DNA of 55,546 nt from Nemertoderma westbladi (lineage: Eukaryota > Animalia > Xenacoelomorpha). Under the pieces are notes generated by a model that was not told the DNA's origin, did no database searches, and saw only the letters and a list, made by a program, of their open reading frames with translations. The position numbers and the translations under genes were made by a program. Below are positions 1 to 10,941 of this stretch, piece after piece. Position 1 is the stretch's first letter. Each line of letters begins with the position of its first letter. Location: positions 1-55,546 of the forward strand of contig JAUCBJ010001417.1 of NCBI GenBank assembly GCA_032718475.1, read 5' to 3'.

Positions 1-314
1 TCAATCGAATAATACAGTAGGCTTGACCGCAAATAAATTTAAGCCCACGAATCCAGTCTCCCGGTGTTATAAACGGGTCATTTGGACGCGCATGGACTGG
101 CTTCGGCTAATGTTTTTGGTTTGTTTTGTATTAAATCTTATCATCTTACAAAAGGCAGATTATCAATAAAGACATATAAATTTCGGCAGGTTAAACTGCT
201 GAAGGTCTATAAAAGCGCGTACATAGGAGGATACTTCACCTAAATATGTTTGGGGACTAAATAGCCTGGCATACTTGGTGGTGGGATTTTCTTTTTGTAT
301 TTACTCAAAATTTT

Positions 315-648
315 GATCCTCTTTGTGACAGTTAGACATCACTCATGACCCATTGGGTGTTAGGAAGTCGTATTCAGTCCGATATGCCGATCCTAGTAGT
401 AGGGTCTTAGGGCGGTAATTGGTCTGCTTAATTTGGATAATAAATTAAACCCTAAATAGGAGTCGTAAGACACCTATTAGGGTTTAAATGTACTAATTCA
501 TTGATGACACCCGTCAATTGGGGTCTAATTAGCCTAATTGGGAGGTGTCACCCAGACAGTCTGGCTTCAATGACACCCAATCATACCCTAGGTGTCACAT
601 TCCTAAGCGATGAGTCATGAGTGAGGTCTAACTGTCACAAAGAGGACC
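315..648. mobile_element. MITE / non-autonomous TIR element (~335 bp)
   Basis: Left end TCCTCTTTGTGACAGTTAGAC(A)TCACTCATGAC (317-349) is the reverse complement of GTCATGAGTGAGGTCTAACTGTCACAAAGAGGA (614-646); internal hairpin TTAAACCCTAAATAGG...CCTATTAGGGTTTAA (~445-487); no clear TSD. Confidence 0.75.
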
Positions 649-993
649 AAACGCCTACTACTGAGATCCCCATTAAATTTTGCACAAGATATCCTATAAA
701 AAACAAAACACATTTCTAAAATCTTTAGCAAGGGGGGCATGTTTTATATCAACCAATAATATCAAGCGAAATAATTAAGTTGAAGAACATTATTAGAATC
801 GACTAATAATATCTATGTCAATCGCCAATCGAAATGCCCGAAATCATTGATAATCAATAATATCACTCGTATTAAATTATTGAATATTGATACTAAATGT
901 ATGCCATACTCAATTCCTTCTTAGCACCATATATCCGAAATTAATGCAGTAAACATAATTAATTAACAACCTTGCACAACAATTATACACAAA

Positions 994-2404
994 TCAGTGA
1001 CCATGAGCCGCCAAATTCCGCTGACATTCCTTTTCATTGTTGTGAATATAGTTCTCTTCATACAGACCGAGTCCTCTTAAACATACAACAAGGCCACCGT
1101 GAAGCTTATTGTATATCTCATTGTACTTGACGATTGGGTTACCTAACTGCGTGACACAGATTCCTTTGAAAACAGTTGTAAATTTTGTTGGCAATGAACT
1201 TACCTTTTCCCGTTTTGAATATGCACACGCCAATGGTATCACTATCATCATCAACTTCGGCATGCACATCACAGTTAATTACGGTAGGAGTTGCCCAATT
1301 TTTCACCTTGATCCCGAAATCCCTACAGTTGTGGATGTTGCAGTCCCGAAACAATCCCAACGCGTCATCGCTGCACAAGATGCCCACAGTCAAATGACTG
1401 ATGTGGGCCCTATGAATCACTGGGTTGGCTCCATGTAGCACCACAAACCCAACCCCCGTACCAATTATTTCAACGTCCAAGAAAGTCCCTGTCGCAGCGT
1501 CATCCAGAAGTATACCATAGTCTGTGCTTTCGCTGATGCAGCAGCGCATAACCTTGGGGTTGGCCCGTGGGCCACTCACAAATATTCCAACCAATTCTGA
1601 CTTTTGCGTAATGCAACATTCTATCCGCGGCGATGCGTTGGATATATAAATGCATTTGATATCACCTATCTGTGGTCGCAGCGGCGATGGAGGGATGAGG
1701 GTGGCGCATATTCCGACATAACCTAAGTAAGAGCGACCTGATCCCTCCATGAAGCTAACAGCCGCATTCTCATGGTCCAATGGATGTAGAGTCACCCGAT
1801 CTGTGATCCGCTCTGTGCCGGCTCTGAGAGGAGCAGTGATGGGGTATGAGGGCGCGCCAACCACCATTGGCAAAGATGTGTTGCTCAAGGATGGGGTACT
1901 CTGATGGGATGAAACTGATCCTACAGCATCTGTCGTGCCAGATGCCGCACCAAGTATCCAGACTGGTGATTCGAGACGTATATTACACTGGTAGGTCCCT
2001 GGGTGAACCAACAAGAGGGGGAAGTCTGGGTTGGCAAGTGTAACTGCACTCTCAATGGTTTCCACAGCTGTTACATGTCGACTCCGTCCAACCTCAGAAT
2101 GTAGTCGGGAAGACACATGGACACATCCGTAAAGCAGGAAGAGACTCGTTTTCAACTGGTTATCAGGAAACGGTGCGTGAAGGAAGTCAAATGATCCCCA
2201 TTCTGGCATTATGAGGGGTGCATCATACTCATAGAGATATCGATAGAGTCGCTTCCATAACGTTCGATCATTAGCAACATTGAAGAAACGGTGACACACA
2301 AGAGAGAAGCGATACAGATCAAACTCGAGTAGGTAGTTGAGGATATGCAATAACATTTCGTCTGGCAACGTATCGAATGGATTCATATCCATACTTCCAA
2401 GCAT
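994..2404 (-). pseudogene. FBXO11-like F-box + parallel beta-helix (CASH) protein, intronless, frameshifted near 1170 and C-terminally truncated
   Basis: F-box LPDEMLLHILNYL...LYRFSLVCHRFFNVANDRTLWKRLY; LLVHPGTY; repeated G-x-F/NP-x-I/V-xx-C/N-x-I beta-helix motifs. ORF 1139-2404 ends IYNCFQRNLC..* but the repeat pattern continues in the 994-1272 frame (FKGICVTQLGNPIVKYNEIYNKLHGGLVVCLRGLGLYEENYIHNN). No UBR-box seen. Confidence 0.75.
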
Positions 2405-2470
2405 TTACCCGCGATTAGTTATGATTAGTCCAGGAGACGCCCTTAGTCACCTAATTCAACAACCTTAAAG

Positions 2471-4640
2471 TAGCGTACGGACCCAATTTTTTTTCTTTGA
2501 ATGATAGTTTGTATTGTCCCAATACGAAATCGAGTAATTTCCGGAACAATTAGTTTGAGCAATTTTTTTTATTCGAATTTTAAGTGTGCACTTTCGCTCA
2601 AAACAACAAGAACCTTGTTAGAGGCCGTTTCGAGAGCAATTGTGATAGAAACTGATGTTCCAGAATAGTTTTATAGTGTAAGTTTAATAGTAAGCAGTAA
2701 TTGTCACTGAAAATTAATACTTAAAATACACTACCGATACGGGCAGGGTGTGTAATTTTTTGTTTTAACCATTATCATTGTCATATAGGAGGAAGTGTGT
2801 TGTCTGTATAGATCGCCCTTCCTCCAGTAGTGCCTCTAACTAACGGCCACTACTTTTTTTTAATGTTCTAGAATATATTACTAAAACTAGTAATATATTC
2901 TATAATCTAATATAAGCTATTTAACTAAATAAAACTTTTTTCTAGAAAAAATATTTTTTTACACTTTTTAATAAAAATAGCTATTTTTCTTTTTTCAATA
3001 TCATGTTTTACATCAAACAGTTACGTTTTGGAAATGTGGTAGTATTTTACAAGGGTATTGTAATGGGCTAGTATTTTTGTACTAGCTAGTAGCTTTAAAA
3101 ATCATATTTTCTTTTGCCTTTATTTATGAATTATTAATGGTTACTTTTTAAATATGGAAAAACACACGTAATTTATTGCATCGCAATTTAACGCATAATA
3201 ATAAATAATATTGTGTTTTTAAAAATGTTCCAGAAAAATAAATATTTGTTTTTAAATAAAAAATTTAGTGTAATGATTTTTTGACTTTGATTTTAACAGG
3301 AGTTGTATTATTTGCGGTAAGAAATGTTCCAACAAATATCCAAAGAATACCTGACGATGGAGAAGAGTAGTTGAGTGTCAGACGGTCGAGGTGGAAGATG
3401 AACTCCTACGAATATGTAAATTACGAGGGCTTCGAGTAGATGAACTGGTAGGAAAAGTCGAATTTCGCTTAGGTTCCGTTTGTGGTGATGTCATTACAAG
3501 TGGCGCGAAGTTTCAGAATGATTGCTATAAAGCCTTCACTGGTAAAAGGAACTCAATGGCGGCCTTGATAAAAACTATAGATATAGAAGATGTTAATAGA
3601 TGTTAGGGTGGAGAAACCGAGCGAGAAGGCCTTCATAAAAATGGTCGAGAAACTTAAAAAAGACCAAATTAAAATTTGGAATTCTAGTGAGTTATTCGGC
3701 ATATATACAGTATATCTTCCCTCCATTCATTTGGTACAGAAGAAGACACCGTCACAGCTCTACAAGGCAATCAACGCACAAATCTAATCAATAAAATTCA
3801 AGCTCATTTTGGTGATAGATTTTTTGTACTGCATGCAGAAGGCGTGCAAGTGGTATTTGTTTTAAAACAAGGTTTCAATTTCCACTGAAAGCAGATCAAC
3901 GTCCCTCAACCAATAATATTAACAGTAATATTAACTCCTTAGTCCAAAAAATAACGTCTGAAATAAAGCAACTTGAAGATGAATCTCATCGCAAGTTCTA
4001 CAATAATTCAAATACATTATCATACAACAACATGATATCATCCACAAGCAGTTCATTACTCTCACTAATATATCACCATAAGTTTATAATATAATAATAA
4101 TATTTATAGAGTCAATTTGCATTTCACAATCAATCCCTTATTGCTAAAATATATAATCAAACTACACTAGGCTTGGCATTACAAGTTCACCATCATTTTG
4201 GTTCTAGAGAACTGATTGACCTGTTGCACTCAAGTGGATACATGACAAGCTATGACTAAGTATTACGTTTCCGCAAATCTGCGGCCGTGTTTGGCAGCAA
4301 AGGAGATTACAATTGCAACAATAGATTCGTGGGCACAAAGTTGATAAATTCTTGGTGCGATAATTTCGATTTCCAAGTTTACACTCCTAATGGATGCAGA
4401 GAGTCACATACGATGGTCATTGAATTAGCCCAAATTAGTAAGGAAAATAATTTCATACCAGAAATGATTACTGTATACCTCGAATTTCAAAAACTGAATT
4501 AAATGCTTTCAAACTCAACACTCCAGAGGTTCTTCTTTTTCAAGGAAAGATTAAGTCACTTCCGCCGAAATTGAATATGAATGTTGGAGTATCATACAAC
4601 ATCCTTAGAAATACTTACACTTCAGCTAGAAATGCACAAT
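2471..4640 (+). mobile_element. Degraded DNA transposon, probably Academ-like: candidate left terminus (TAG...) plus fragmented transposase 5' half (~3300-4640)
   Basis: Broken reading frames: GDVITSGAKFQNDCYKAF (3391 ORF); TTLGLALQVHHHFGSRELIDLLHSSGYMTSYD*VLRFRKSAA (4161-4286, in-frame stop); WCDNFDFQVYTPNGCRESHTM (DNxD...TxxG..H motif). Family assignment and the left boundary are inferred. Confidence 0.55.
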
Positions 4641-4709
4641 AATTGCACATATAGAAGCAGTGATAAACTTCAATAGGCAATTTTATAATCTGCAGTTTCA
4701 ATAATTAAA

Positions 4710-4903
4710 TATTGACTGATTACTGTAATAATGTATAAATACATTAATATAAATACAATAAGATATAACTAGATAATGAATTCTAGAGTGTTGGTCTTAG
4801 TTCAGTTACATAGCAACTTAATTTTTTATATTTAATTAAATGATGCGGCATTTATTATGACCAAAGGGCCAAACAATGGGCCACTAGTGGCCTATTGTTT
4901 AAC
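4710..4903 (+). repeat. Interspersed repeat copy 1 with 3' hairpin (Helentron/Helitron-like end)
   Basis: Clearly homologous to 13332-13532; ends in stem-loop AAACAATGGGCCAC-TA-GTGGCCTATTGTTT followed by AAC. Confidence 0.7.
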
Positions 4904-4909
4904 AGCCGC

Positions 4910-5135
4910 GTGGTGGATCTGTCTGATCGCACAGTTTACAGGCCTACACAGTTTGGATATATGAAACCTAAAGACGAGACAATTATTAACTCTAATGGCC
5001 GGATGATAGTTGACGTGGTGAAAGGTAGTTCCTAACAGACCGCAATGGGCTTCTGAGATGATCTCTGTTTGGTTTAAACAGGTTTAGTAGGATCGATCTC
5101 AGAAGGGGTCTGACCACGAACTAGTTGAACTGTCG
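4910..5135 (+). mobile_element. Possible LINE APE-endonuclease remnant
   Basis: Fragments translate as KDETIINSNGRMIVDVV (NxNG motif), DLCLV and GSDHELV (SDH motif) in the expected order; frames broken. Confidence 0.4.
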
Positions 5136-5739
5136 AATTCTTTGAAGACATAAACTGTAGCTGTGAACAACTGTCAGCACGGGAGAATCAGAATGATGCA
5201 TCTATTAATTAAATCAATTTGAATATTATTCTATGAAACCCACAGATGGAAACCGATTCTTTTTTTTTACTTTTACTACTGTAATAATACCTATAACCAA
5301 ATAGAAACCAGCCTCCTATCAAAAATGAACCATATAATATGACTATTAGAAATAATAATATGAACCTTATATATTATATATATTTTATCAATGATCCAGT
5401 ACTGCAGTGGAATATAGGCTTATCTAGCGTTTCCGTTTATACAGTAATTAGATTAGAGGTGGATCCTGGTGGATCATATCTGGACCTGTCTTTCCATTTT
5501 TTACTTAGATTTCCGAAAACTTTCAGACAGACAGACAAAATTGTTTCAGTTGGGAGACGGACGATGTCCTTTATAAATAGCCTTTTTAAAGCCAGGTTGC
5601 GATCTTATTTATGGTTTCTTTCTGCTCAACTTTACAATAAAATATTATAATGACAATAAATAAATAACCAGCTAATAATAAAAGTTACGTTAATAAACAT
5701 TATTCAAAGAAATCGTAAGGTTTAGACGGATGTTAATTG

Positions 5740-6084
5740 TTAATTGCAGTTAACAATTTTTATCTTAGACCCTTCAATAAAATTGTCATCCGCATTGCCC
5801 CAAAAGACTCCCCTCCTATTATCATTAGACTGATATTCCCCGTTGAGGTTCGTCCGAGACTTCACGGTATGCCACCAGCCGCCGGACCGAACTTTAGCCA
5901 ACGCGGTGTCGTCCGAATCATCATGATCTTTATCTTCTGTAGAGAACTGCGACCCATTAGCTGCGTCCATTTTATTTCCCAAGAGCTCCAAACGTTCAAA
6001 TTCTCCATACCTAAACTTGTAATTCGTTTCTTCTGACCCTATCCTTACATTCTTATATAATGCGACATATGTTTGACCCTCAAC
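5740..6084 (-). CDS. Fibrinogen-related protein, exon 2 (C-terminal half of FBG domain)
   Basis: After acceptor TTTACAATTTAG (6096-6085) the frame reads VEGQTYVALYKNVRIGSEETNYKFRYG...NGSQFSTEDKDHD...GGWWH...NLNGEY...GVFW...SKIKI, a typical FBG pattern; in frame with ORF 5740-5991. Confidence 0.85.
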   Translation of the reverse strand, partial: VEGQTYVALYKNVRIGSEETNYKFRYGEFERLELLGNKMDAANGSQFSTEDKDHDDSDDTALAKVRSGGWWHTVKSRTNLNGEYQSNDNRRGVFWGNADDNFIEGSKIKIVNCN

Positions 6085-6100
6085 CTAAATTGTAAATTCG

Positions 6101-7278
6101 GTATTACTTGGCCTGCTGCCCTCCCCCGTTACTTAACTCTTTTCTGTTTTTATTCTTTTTTTAATAAAATATTTTGATAGTATGTTTGTAGAGGGTATGA
6201 AAATATACATTGACAACACATACATACACACACACACCCCTATACATACATACCGGGTGTTCCATAATGATTACCCCCCCCCCCCCCCCCCTGGCCAGCC
6301 AAAACTGCCTGACATGTATTTTAGTGTAATATATCATTCGAAAGAGAGTTTAATTCTGAGCTTGCATGCAAAAGTTTAGGGTCCAATAAAAAAGTATAAA
6401 AATTTTATAGGCAATTCTTTAATAGATCTTACTTTTCAACATTTTTGATTTAATCGCAATTTAAAAAAATATATTTTATTCATCAATCATTAATCATATT
6501 CATATATTTAGTCATCAGCTTTGCAGGTTGCAGCCCTGTTTAAACAGTTATTACTGCCTGACTTTTGCTGTATTGCAATATATTACAGTATTCAGTTACC
6601 GGTATTAGTGTTTCTTTATTAATTTTACTGAATTAAGCCTAACAGAAGTAATTAAAATGACAAGTTCCAGAGCAATCTTCGATGACTCTGAAGAAAAACG
6701 TATGATTGACAGGATCAGAGATGTTACTTTTAGACACAACGGCCCTTTTAAGGGCCAACATCCTTTGCCACTATCAAGGAGCTCCCCGTGCTGCAAAGGG
6801 GAAACATGGCTGTAAAGCTGATGACTAACGCTGGATAAATTATATTTTTTAAAATTGTGATTAAATCAAAAATATTGAAAAGTAAGATAGGTTTAAAGAA
6901 TAGCCTATAAATTTTTATAATTTCGTATTGGGCCCTAAATGTTTGCATGTAAGCTCAGAATTAAATTATCTTTCGAATGATATTTTACACTAAGGTGCAT
7001 GTCGTGCAGTTTTGGCTGGCCAGGGGGAGGCCATCATTATGGAAGACCCGGTACATATACAACGAAAAATATCTACTAACGTTCTAGAACATTCACCAAT
7101 ATCAAAAAACACTCAAAAACACATAAAATAATGGTTAGAAAATTACTAAAAAAATTAAAAAAAAAATTGGCCTTACAAAAAATAATCTTATAGTAGGTCA
7201 TGGTGACCCATATCGTAAATATGGGAATATATCGAAATATTTTTGTATAATAGAGGGCAAGGGCAGGCCCAGTAATAC
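6101..7278. mobile_element. TIR-bounded element occupying nearly the whole FReP intron
   Basis: GTATTACTTGGCCTGCTGCCCTC (6101-6123) is an imperfect inverted repeat of GAGGGCAAGGGCAGGCCCAGTAATAC (7253-7278); the right repeat starts at the splice-donor GT. Confidence 0.6.
6253..7051. mobile_element. Non-autonomous Tc1/mariner-type element nested in the intron
   Basis: TA|CCGGGTGTTCCATAATGAT...ATCATTATGGAAGACCCGG|TA; imperfect TIRs of ~130 bp (6253-~6387 vs ~6926-7051); TA TSD. Confidence 0.85.
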
Positions 7279-8040
7279 ATTTAATTCAATCTTTAGATCA
7301 CATTCCCATTGCGTTGTTATTTGATGAATTGTTTCTAACCCGAGCCAGTAACCTTTTTCTTCCATGTCACCAAAACCTTCTACATAAGACGCCCATTCTT
7401 TATTGAAATCCGTGGAAGAATACTTATCTTGAAACTGTATTATAAGATCACCATCGTCGCAGATCACGTTGTTGTTTAAAAATTGAACATGTTTATTAGA
7501 AATGTTATTACCGTCACATGGAAATGCTGCCATGGCAGTTGAGATAGGCGGGGGTGTTGTAGTAGTGGATGAGGGTGTTACAGTGGTTGGTGGGGGTGTT
7601 ACTGTGGCGGGTGATGGTGTTGATGATATTCCGTTCTTATCAGTGGTTTCTTCTATAGACGCAGTGGTGGTAATGGTAGGGTCGGGCGGTTCGGGTGGTT
7701 CGGTGGTGGATGTTATAGAACGATTACCAATATTTGTGTTGATCGGAGTCCCAGAAATCTTTACCCTATTGCCGGCGGATTTATCGCTGTGGTACAAAAC
7801 GAAGCCCGTTATTACTAGAGACAATAAAATAAACCCGACGACCACATTGAGAACCAGACGTATGTTTTCACGACGTTCGTATTCTTCTGTTTTCGTTTCC
7901 CCGGTCATAGAATTTATACTTCGTCTTCTTTCGCGCCTCAACTCTTCAATAGGAATTCTCCCCACTGATGTTGTTTCGGAGAATTGCGATCGCGCTGATA
8001 AGTATTCAGACACTCCAGAACGTTGTGATGAATTGGCCAT
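7279..8040 (-). CDS. Fibrinogen-related protein, exon 1 (cytoplasmic tail, TM helix, Thr/Pro-rich stalk, start of FBG domain); type II membrane topology
   Basis: Hydrophobic LVLNVVVGFILLSLVITGFVLY; T/P-rich stalk; VICD..G.LIIQ...DFNKEWASYVEGFGD...YWLGLETIHQIT...DLKIELN; phase-0 GT donor at 7278 joins exon 2 in frame (254+114 codons). Confidence 0.85.
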
Positions 8041-8390
8041 AACTGCGGCTGTGTATTATTTTGTATGAATTCGGAGTCGATTATGAAAGATTTGTTTACT
8101 ACTTGTTTTTTTATGGTTACTATTTGTTTACTACTTAGCTACTATATTTATAAACTAATGGAGGCAAATAGAGATGAACTGTGGCGAAAGGCGATTAGCT
8201 GTTGAATTTCAATTTATTCGGTTTTTCTACAATATTCCTAATTCACGTCTCATGTTTAGGTCCCCTCTACCTCTCTCTATAACCTGTTATTTTAACGTCC
8301 AACCTAAATAATTTTTTAACAAAATCCAAGCGAAAATCAGTAGAAATCAATAACAGGAAAATATTGCGTCGTGTGCCATTCGCAGCGCAT

Positions 8391-8861
8391 AGTTAATGAG
8401 CAAACAGAAGTTAATGAGCCAACAGAATTTAATGAGCAAATATAAGTTAATTAATGAGCAAACAGAAGTTAAAGAGCAAACAGAAGTTAATGAGCAAATA
8501 TAAGTTAATTAATGAGCAAACAGAAGTTAATAAGCAAACAGAAGTTAATGAGCAAACATAAGTTAATGAGCAAACAGAAGTTAATGAGCAAATATAAGTT
8601 AATTAATGAGCAAACAGAAGTTAAATAGCAAACAGAAGTTAATGAGCAAATATAAGTTAATTAATGAGCAAACAGAAGTTAATGAGCAAACAGAAGTTAA
8701 TGAGCAAATATAAGTTAATTAATGAGCAAACAGAAGTTAAAGAGCAAACAGAAGTTAATGAGCAAACAGAAGTTAATGAGCAAATATAAGTTAATTAATG
8801 AGCAAACAGAAGTTAAAGAGCAAACAGAAGTTAATGAGCAAACAGAAGTTAATGAGCAAAC
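8391..8861. repeat. Minisatellite, 18-bp unit (A)GTTAATGAGCAAACAGA with a regular 22-bp variant
   Basis: Tandem units read directly; variant carrying ...AAATATAAGTTAATTAAT recurs every 2-4 units. Confidence 0.95.
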
Positions 8862-9201
8862 GGGGTGATATTACTTGGCTTTGGATATAATTGGCCAATA
8901 ATATCCACATACAACCAGACAGACACTACACAGCAATGGAGTTATGCTGCGGCAATAGTGCATGCCTATTATAGTAGCATTAATATATACATTGTATACC
9001 GAAATTATTTCAGGGAGGTTTAATTTATAGTCCAGACAATCTAGGCAAAAAGAGGTAACCAAAACTAATTCGCAATTCTTATTCCGTATCAATTTATATT
9101 ATATTTTATATTATCTTGCGACAATCCCAAGAACTAGAATAATGTAGAATATTTAAATTATAAATTTTAATTTTAATTTTTTTTCCCTCGCAATGTCTTA
9201 A

Positions 9202-9345
9202 TCATAGTTCAATAATGGAGTTCATAGCTCGTTCAATAATGGAGTTCATAGCTCGTTCAATAATGGAGTTCATAGCTCGTTCAATAATGGAGTTCATAGC
9301 TCGTTCAATAATGGAGTTCACAACTAGTTCAATAATGGAGTTCAA
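9202..9345. repeat. Minisatellite, 24-bp unit GTTCAATAATGGAGTTCATAGCTC (~6 copies)
   Basis: Tandem copies read directly. Confidence 0.95.
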
Positions 9346-9776
9346 GAATTTAATCTTTGCAGCTTATATGACAGAACGCTACAATCACTAAATTAGTAAA
9401 AATAAATTTCCAGAACACCTCTTAAGTACTTTCCATTATTATTATTAAAGTGGATTTACACGATAACGTGACGGGGTTTTTTTATTTTTTTTATTGCATT
9501 TATACAGTAGGCATAGGCCCTACATAATAAATACTACATCACAACACAATTATTTAAAATCACTTACAATATTTATGTACATTATTTACTTGTATTTAGC
9601 CATTGTAGGTTTAGTGTAAGACTATTTACTGTGCAGCTGTTGTTATAGTAACTGTAATGGATTCCATAAAAATGATATGAATTTCATTATTATTTATAAA
9701 CATTAAAGTATTGAAGCTAATCATTAAAAGCATTCAATCATGCAAACAGATGGAAGGGAAGGGCGCTACTCCTCTA

Positions 9777-10708
9777 CACCATGTCCCAGAATATAGTGTC
9801 GTAATTCAGTGACACCCCCCCCCCCCCCCCCTCCCATAATTTTTCTACAAATCTTAATGAGATTGCATGAAATTTGAAACAGAGATAGTTTCACCTCCCG
9901 ACCGCTACTGACTGGGTGAGTCAGATTTTTTATTTTTGCTTTCATTTTTTATCTCAAGAGTTTAAAAAAAAGTGTCTCCAGCGATATTACACCAGTTACA
10001 CCGCAGTTATTATTCTACCTTATAGCTGTTCGATGGTACCAATGGAAAGTTGGCCCTGCAAGGATTCTAAATATGTAACACAATTTGAATTTCGTTAAAA
10101 AATAGCTGAGCTATGAGTGTTCAAATGTTGCACTGCATTTGTACCGGCGCGAGGTTATTTTATTCTATTTAATAAATGCATCATATTCTGGAATTTTTTG
10201 TTTATCCAAATACGTAGCTGGGAAACAATGCATTACATCTTTAATCATACTATTACGTAGCTATTCATACATCATACATTTAAAAAATGTTCCAGAATAT
10301 GGTTTATTTATTAAATAGAATATAATAGCCTCGCGCAGGTGCAAAACCATGCAACATTTAAACGCTCATATCTCAGCTATTTTTCAACGAAATTCAAATT
10401 GTGTTACATATTTAAAGTCCTTGCATGACCAGCTTTCTATTGGTACCAACAAACAGATATAAGGTAGAAGAATAACTGCGGTGTAACTGGTGTAATATCG
10501 CTGGAGACACTTTTTTTAAACGCTTGTATCTAGGAAATTAAAGCAAAAATAAAAATGCCGGCCCCTCCAGTCAGTGGTTGGGAGGTGAAACTATCTCTGT
10601 TTCAAATTTCATGCAATCTCATTAAAGATTTGTAGAAAAATTAGGGGGGGGGGGGAGGGGGGGGGGGGTGTGTCACTGAATTACGACACTATATTCTGGG
10701 ACATGGTG
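9777..10708. mobile_element. Fold-back Tc1/mariner-type MITE, 932 bp, with ~420-bp TIRs
   Basis: TA|CACCATGTCCCAGAATATAGTGTCGTAATTCAGTGACAC...GTGTCACTGAATTACGACACTATATTCTGGGACATGGTG|TA; arms pair inwards to about 10200/10285; poly-C/poly-G tracts in the arms. Confidence 0.93.
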
Positions 10709-10710
10709 TA

Positions 10711-10750
10711 TTGTTAGATCAGTGCTCAACCAACTGAGCTAGCCCCTCCC
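10711..10750 (-). repeat. tRNA-derived fragment (possible SINE head)
   Basis: Minus strand GGGGCTAGCTCAGTTGGTTGAGCACTGATCTAACAA resembles a tRNA D-arm/A-box plus anticodon arm; no B-box or T-arm found. Confidence 0.35.
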
Positions 10751-10941
10751 TCATTAGGAATAAAAAAGATAGTAAACATTCAGATCGCAAACAATTTAAC
10801 ATAATATAACAAAATTACGTACAACATTGTTTGAAAAGGACACTATTCATTATTCAGCGTTTATGATTCTTGTTTATTTATATAAACCTCCCTCGCTGCG
10901 CTCGCTCTGTAAATAAATACACTCGGGCCATAAAGCTATAA

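Noticed and set aside
5460-5580. Helitron-like end with (CAGA)3 microsatellite
   Set aside because: Suggestive only; no second copy or clear terminus in the window
7198-7278. C-terminus of the 280-aa ORF (VLLGLPLPSIIQKYF...)
   Set aside because: Read-through into the intron/TIR; FBG homology resumes in frame at 6084
7502-8068. 188-aa Val/Gly-rich plus-strand ORF
   Set aside because: Antisense shadow of the Thr/Pro-rich FReP exon
10711-10750. Functional tRNA gene
   Set aside because: Only a D-arm/anticodon-like portion is present; no T-arm or acceptor stem partner
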